This document shows positions 62,055 to 64,000 of a DNA stretch of 64,000 bases, piece by piece. The first letter of the stretch is position 1; every line of letters starts with the position of its first letter. Position numbers and translations under genes: made by a program. The stretch comes from Barthelona sp. PCE (taxonomy: Eukaryota), in the NCBI GenBank assembly GCA_040285745.1, contig JAUFOR010000003.1:372001-436000 (forward strand), written 5' to 3'. The notes under the pieces were generated by a model. The model ran no database searches, was not told where the DNA came from, and saw nothing but the letters and a program-made list of their open reading frames with translations.

Positions 62055-62169
62055 CGGTATAAGTTTGTAAAATGAGTTGAAAGAGTGTTTAAATGAGATA
62101 ATGCGCGTATTTTTGAAACTCACCCTTTTCTTAAGCTACATTAATTTACCCGGGCGATTTTGCTGCATA

Positions 62170-63822
62170 ATGGTATCGGAGCTCGATAAACTGCGTAGAG
62201 CTCAAAATGAACTTGTTAGTGAACTTTTAAATTCACAGAACGAAAATATGAACATTCAGCAACAATTGGGTAGGATGCAGGAACAAATGACACAACTTGA
62301 ACTGACAATAGACAACAAAGATAAGGAGATTGATAATTTGAGGGAAGAAAAAAGCAAACTAACTGAAGATCTCAAAATCCAACCTCTTGGGAAAATTGAG
62401 GAGATCAATAATCTAAAGAACACAGTTGAGCGCCTTGAGTTACAAAACAGTCTTCTTGTAACTAGAATAGAGAAAGAAGAAGAATTAAATCATGATTACA
62501 AAATGGAGAACAACAATCTTCGCACAAAGCTTGATGGTTTGAAAGATACAGTCACTAGAGGTGATATTGAACGTGAAACTTTGATGCAGGCTGCTGAAAA
62601 CACAGAAGACCTGCTTCTTCAGTTGAAAAACACACAAATTTCTTTGGCAGACAAAGAACTCGATCTTGAAACGATGAAGATGAATCTTGATGAGTTAAGG
62701 CGCAAGAACGCTGCCCTCATGCACGATTGTGATGAATACAAGAGGTCTTTTATGAATCGTGAAGAAGAAGTAACTTCATCAATGAGAAAGAACGAAAATT
62801 TGTTGAAAGATAATTTCACGCTACAGGAAAAACAAAGTGTAATGGAAAAAAGTATTGCGAGTTTAAGCACAGAGATAGAGCCTTTTAAAAGGCTTAATGA
62901 TGTATATTTATCTTTTATTCGAGTCAATACAAGTGTTAATTTATCTATAAATGGGAAGAACCCACCTGCAAAGATATCAGATCATGCAAACTTCGGTGAA
63001 TGGCTGAATGAAATGGTGAGATACGTACAGAAAGCAAGAGTAATCGAAGGTACTATAAAGCAAAATCAAGCATTATTGGCGAGTGCACAATCTGAGATAG
63101 AGAAGAACCGTGGGTTTGAAGAGTTAGCAAATGAATTTCAGCAGCGCAACGAAGAATTATTGAGAGAAAATGCACTTTTAGCTAAAGAAAATTCACATTT
63201 TGTGAATGAAGTTGAAAGTTTTGAATCTCGATTAATACATGAGCGTATGAAGCTTGAGGAACAGTACAAGGTCGATGACAGGAGTCATATAAGTGAGGAT
63301 CGAATTTTAGAGTTGGAAGAAGAAAAACTAAATCTTGAAGAACGTTTACGTTCATTGAATATGAGATTTGAGAACAATATAAGATCTCATGAGAAGGAGA
63401 TATTCGATAAAATTACTGATATTACTAAAGAAAACAAAAAATTAAGAACAAAGAATGCAAAGTTACTTGAGAAATTGCAGTCAGTGACTCAATCCATGAA
63501 GAACGAGAAGAAACAGTTTTTCTCAACCATAAAAATGCTTAAAAATCAGCAAAAGAGACTTACTGCACAGATGGAGAACAATAGATTGGTCTTAACAACA
63601 CTTAATTCCAAATTTTTGGAGGTTGAAGAAAATTATAATGCAGAGAAGGCTTTATTTGTTTCACAGAGGCGAGCAATGGACATTATGAAGAAGCAGCATA
63701 CTCCTAAGCTACCACTTCCTGTTGTTGAGGATGATGTTTCTCTACCTAATTTATTCCAGTCCAGTGTAACGAATCTTGACAAATTAACAGAGCCGTTTAC
63801 AACTGTACGGCTCCACTTGTAG
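62170..63822 (+). CDS. Hypothetical long coiled-coil protein
   Basis: About 550 aa, E/K/L/N-rich heptads. CCTTTT at 62124-62129 precedes the ATG at 62170. Confidence 0.7.
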   Translation: MVSELDKLRRAQNELVSELLNSQNENMNIQQQLGRMQEQMTQLELTIDNKDKEIDNLREEKSKLTEDLKIQPLGKIEEINNLKNTVERLELQNSLLVTRIEKEEELNHDYKMENNNLRTKLDGLKDTVTRGDIERETLMQAAENTEDLLLQLKNTQISLADKELDLETMKMNLDELRRKNAALMHDCDEYKRSFMNREEEVTSSMRKNENLLKDNFTLQEKQSVMEKSIASLSTEIEPFKRLNDVYLSFIRVNTSVNLSINGKNPPAKISDHANFGEWLNEMVRYVQKARVIEGTIKQNQALLASAQSEIEKNRGFEELANEFQQRNEELLRENALLAKENSHFVNEVESFESRLIHERMKLEEQYKVDDRSHISEDRILELEEEKLNLEERLRSLNMRFENNIRSHEKEIFDKITDITKENKKLRTKNAKLLEKLQSVTQSMKNEKKQFFSTIKMLKNQQKRLTAQMENNRLVLTTLNSKFLEVEENYNAEKALFVSQRRAMDIMKKQHTPKLPLPVVEDDVSLPNLFQSSVTNLDKLTEPFTTVRLHL

Positions 63823-64000
63823 TAGTTTGTTTGTTAAACTTGTGTAAATATGATTGAAATTCTCACCTGATCTATGAATTTCTTTTTGTTAATATAAAAT
63901 GCAAAAAATTCTTTATTTGTGGTAACTTATGATATTTACAGCTCAAAATAACCACCTTAACAAATGAAAAACTCGTATTAAAACAACATACCTTTTTCTT

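Noticed and set aside
63880-64000. Possible minus-strand intron (AAG|GTATGT at 63991 ... ATTAACAAAAAG) or a plus-strand CCTTTT promoter for a gene beyond the window
   Set aside because: Both readings depend on sequence outside the window and cannot be distinguished here.
1-64000. Prokaryotic systems (CRISPR arrays, operons, defence islands), transposases, tRNA or rRNA genes
   Set aside because: Gene content and spliceosomal introns are eukaryotic. I saw no repeat-spacer array, transposase/RT motif, tRNA cloverleaf or rRNA-like segment.

Overview
Gene-dense, AT-rich eukaryotic nuclear DNA from a flagellated protist, read with the standard genetic code (TAA, TAG and TGA all end genes). It holds about 40 protein genes with very short intergenic spacers, and several convergent genes touch or overlap at their 3' ends. 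I can support only three spliceosomal introns (RSPH1, SEC61A, FARSB). All lie near the 5' end of their gene and have a GT(A/T)TGT donor plus a branch point fused to the acceptor (NCT(A/T)AY-ANNTAG). That architecture is known from metamonads such as Trichomonas and Giardia, so a free-living metamonad-like host is my inference. Recognisable genes: flagellar/centriolar (CFAP161, RSPH1, IQUB, LRRC34-like, WDR62-like), housekeeping (DRG1, thiolase, Sec61a, PheRS-beta, TyrRS, EMG1, RPP21, TM9SF, TMEM144, TMEM234, NCKX, MFS), a divergent NUF2, two cyclins, a Josephin DUB, an RBR ligase, a membrane-anchored trehalase, a HIT4 homologue and a 2,376-aa multi-pass surface protein. The most interesting signals are (1) an unannotated, strongly base-paired RNA-like element at about 8025-8261, (2) a two-donor intron with a poison-stop option in PheRS-beta, (3) a CCTTT(T) core-promoter-like motif before many start codons, and (4) an ICMT/PEMT-family gene with a stop at codon 3. 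I saw no tRNA, rRNA, CRISPR array or transposase. All family assignments come from motif recognition by eye, not from database searches.
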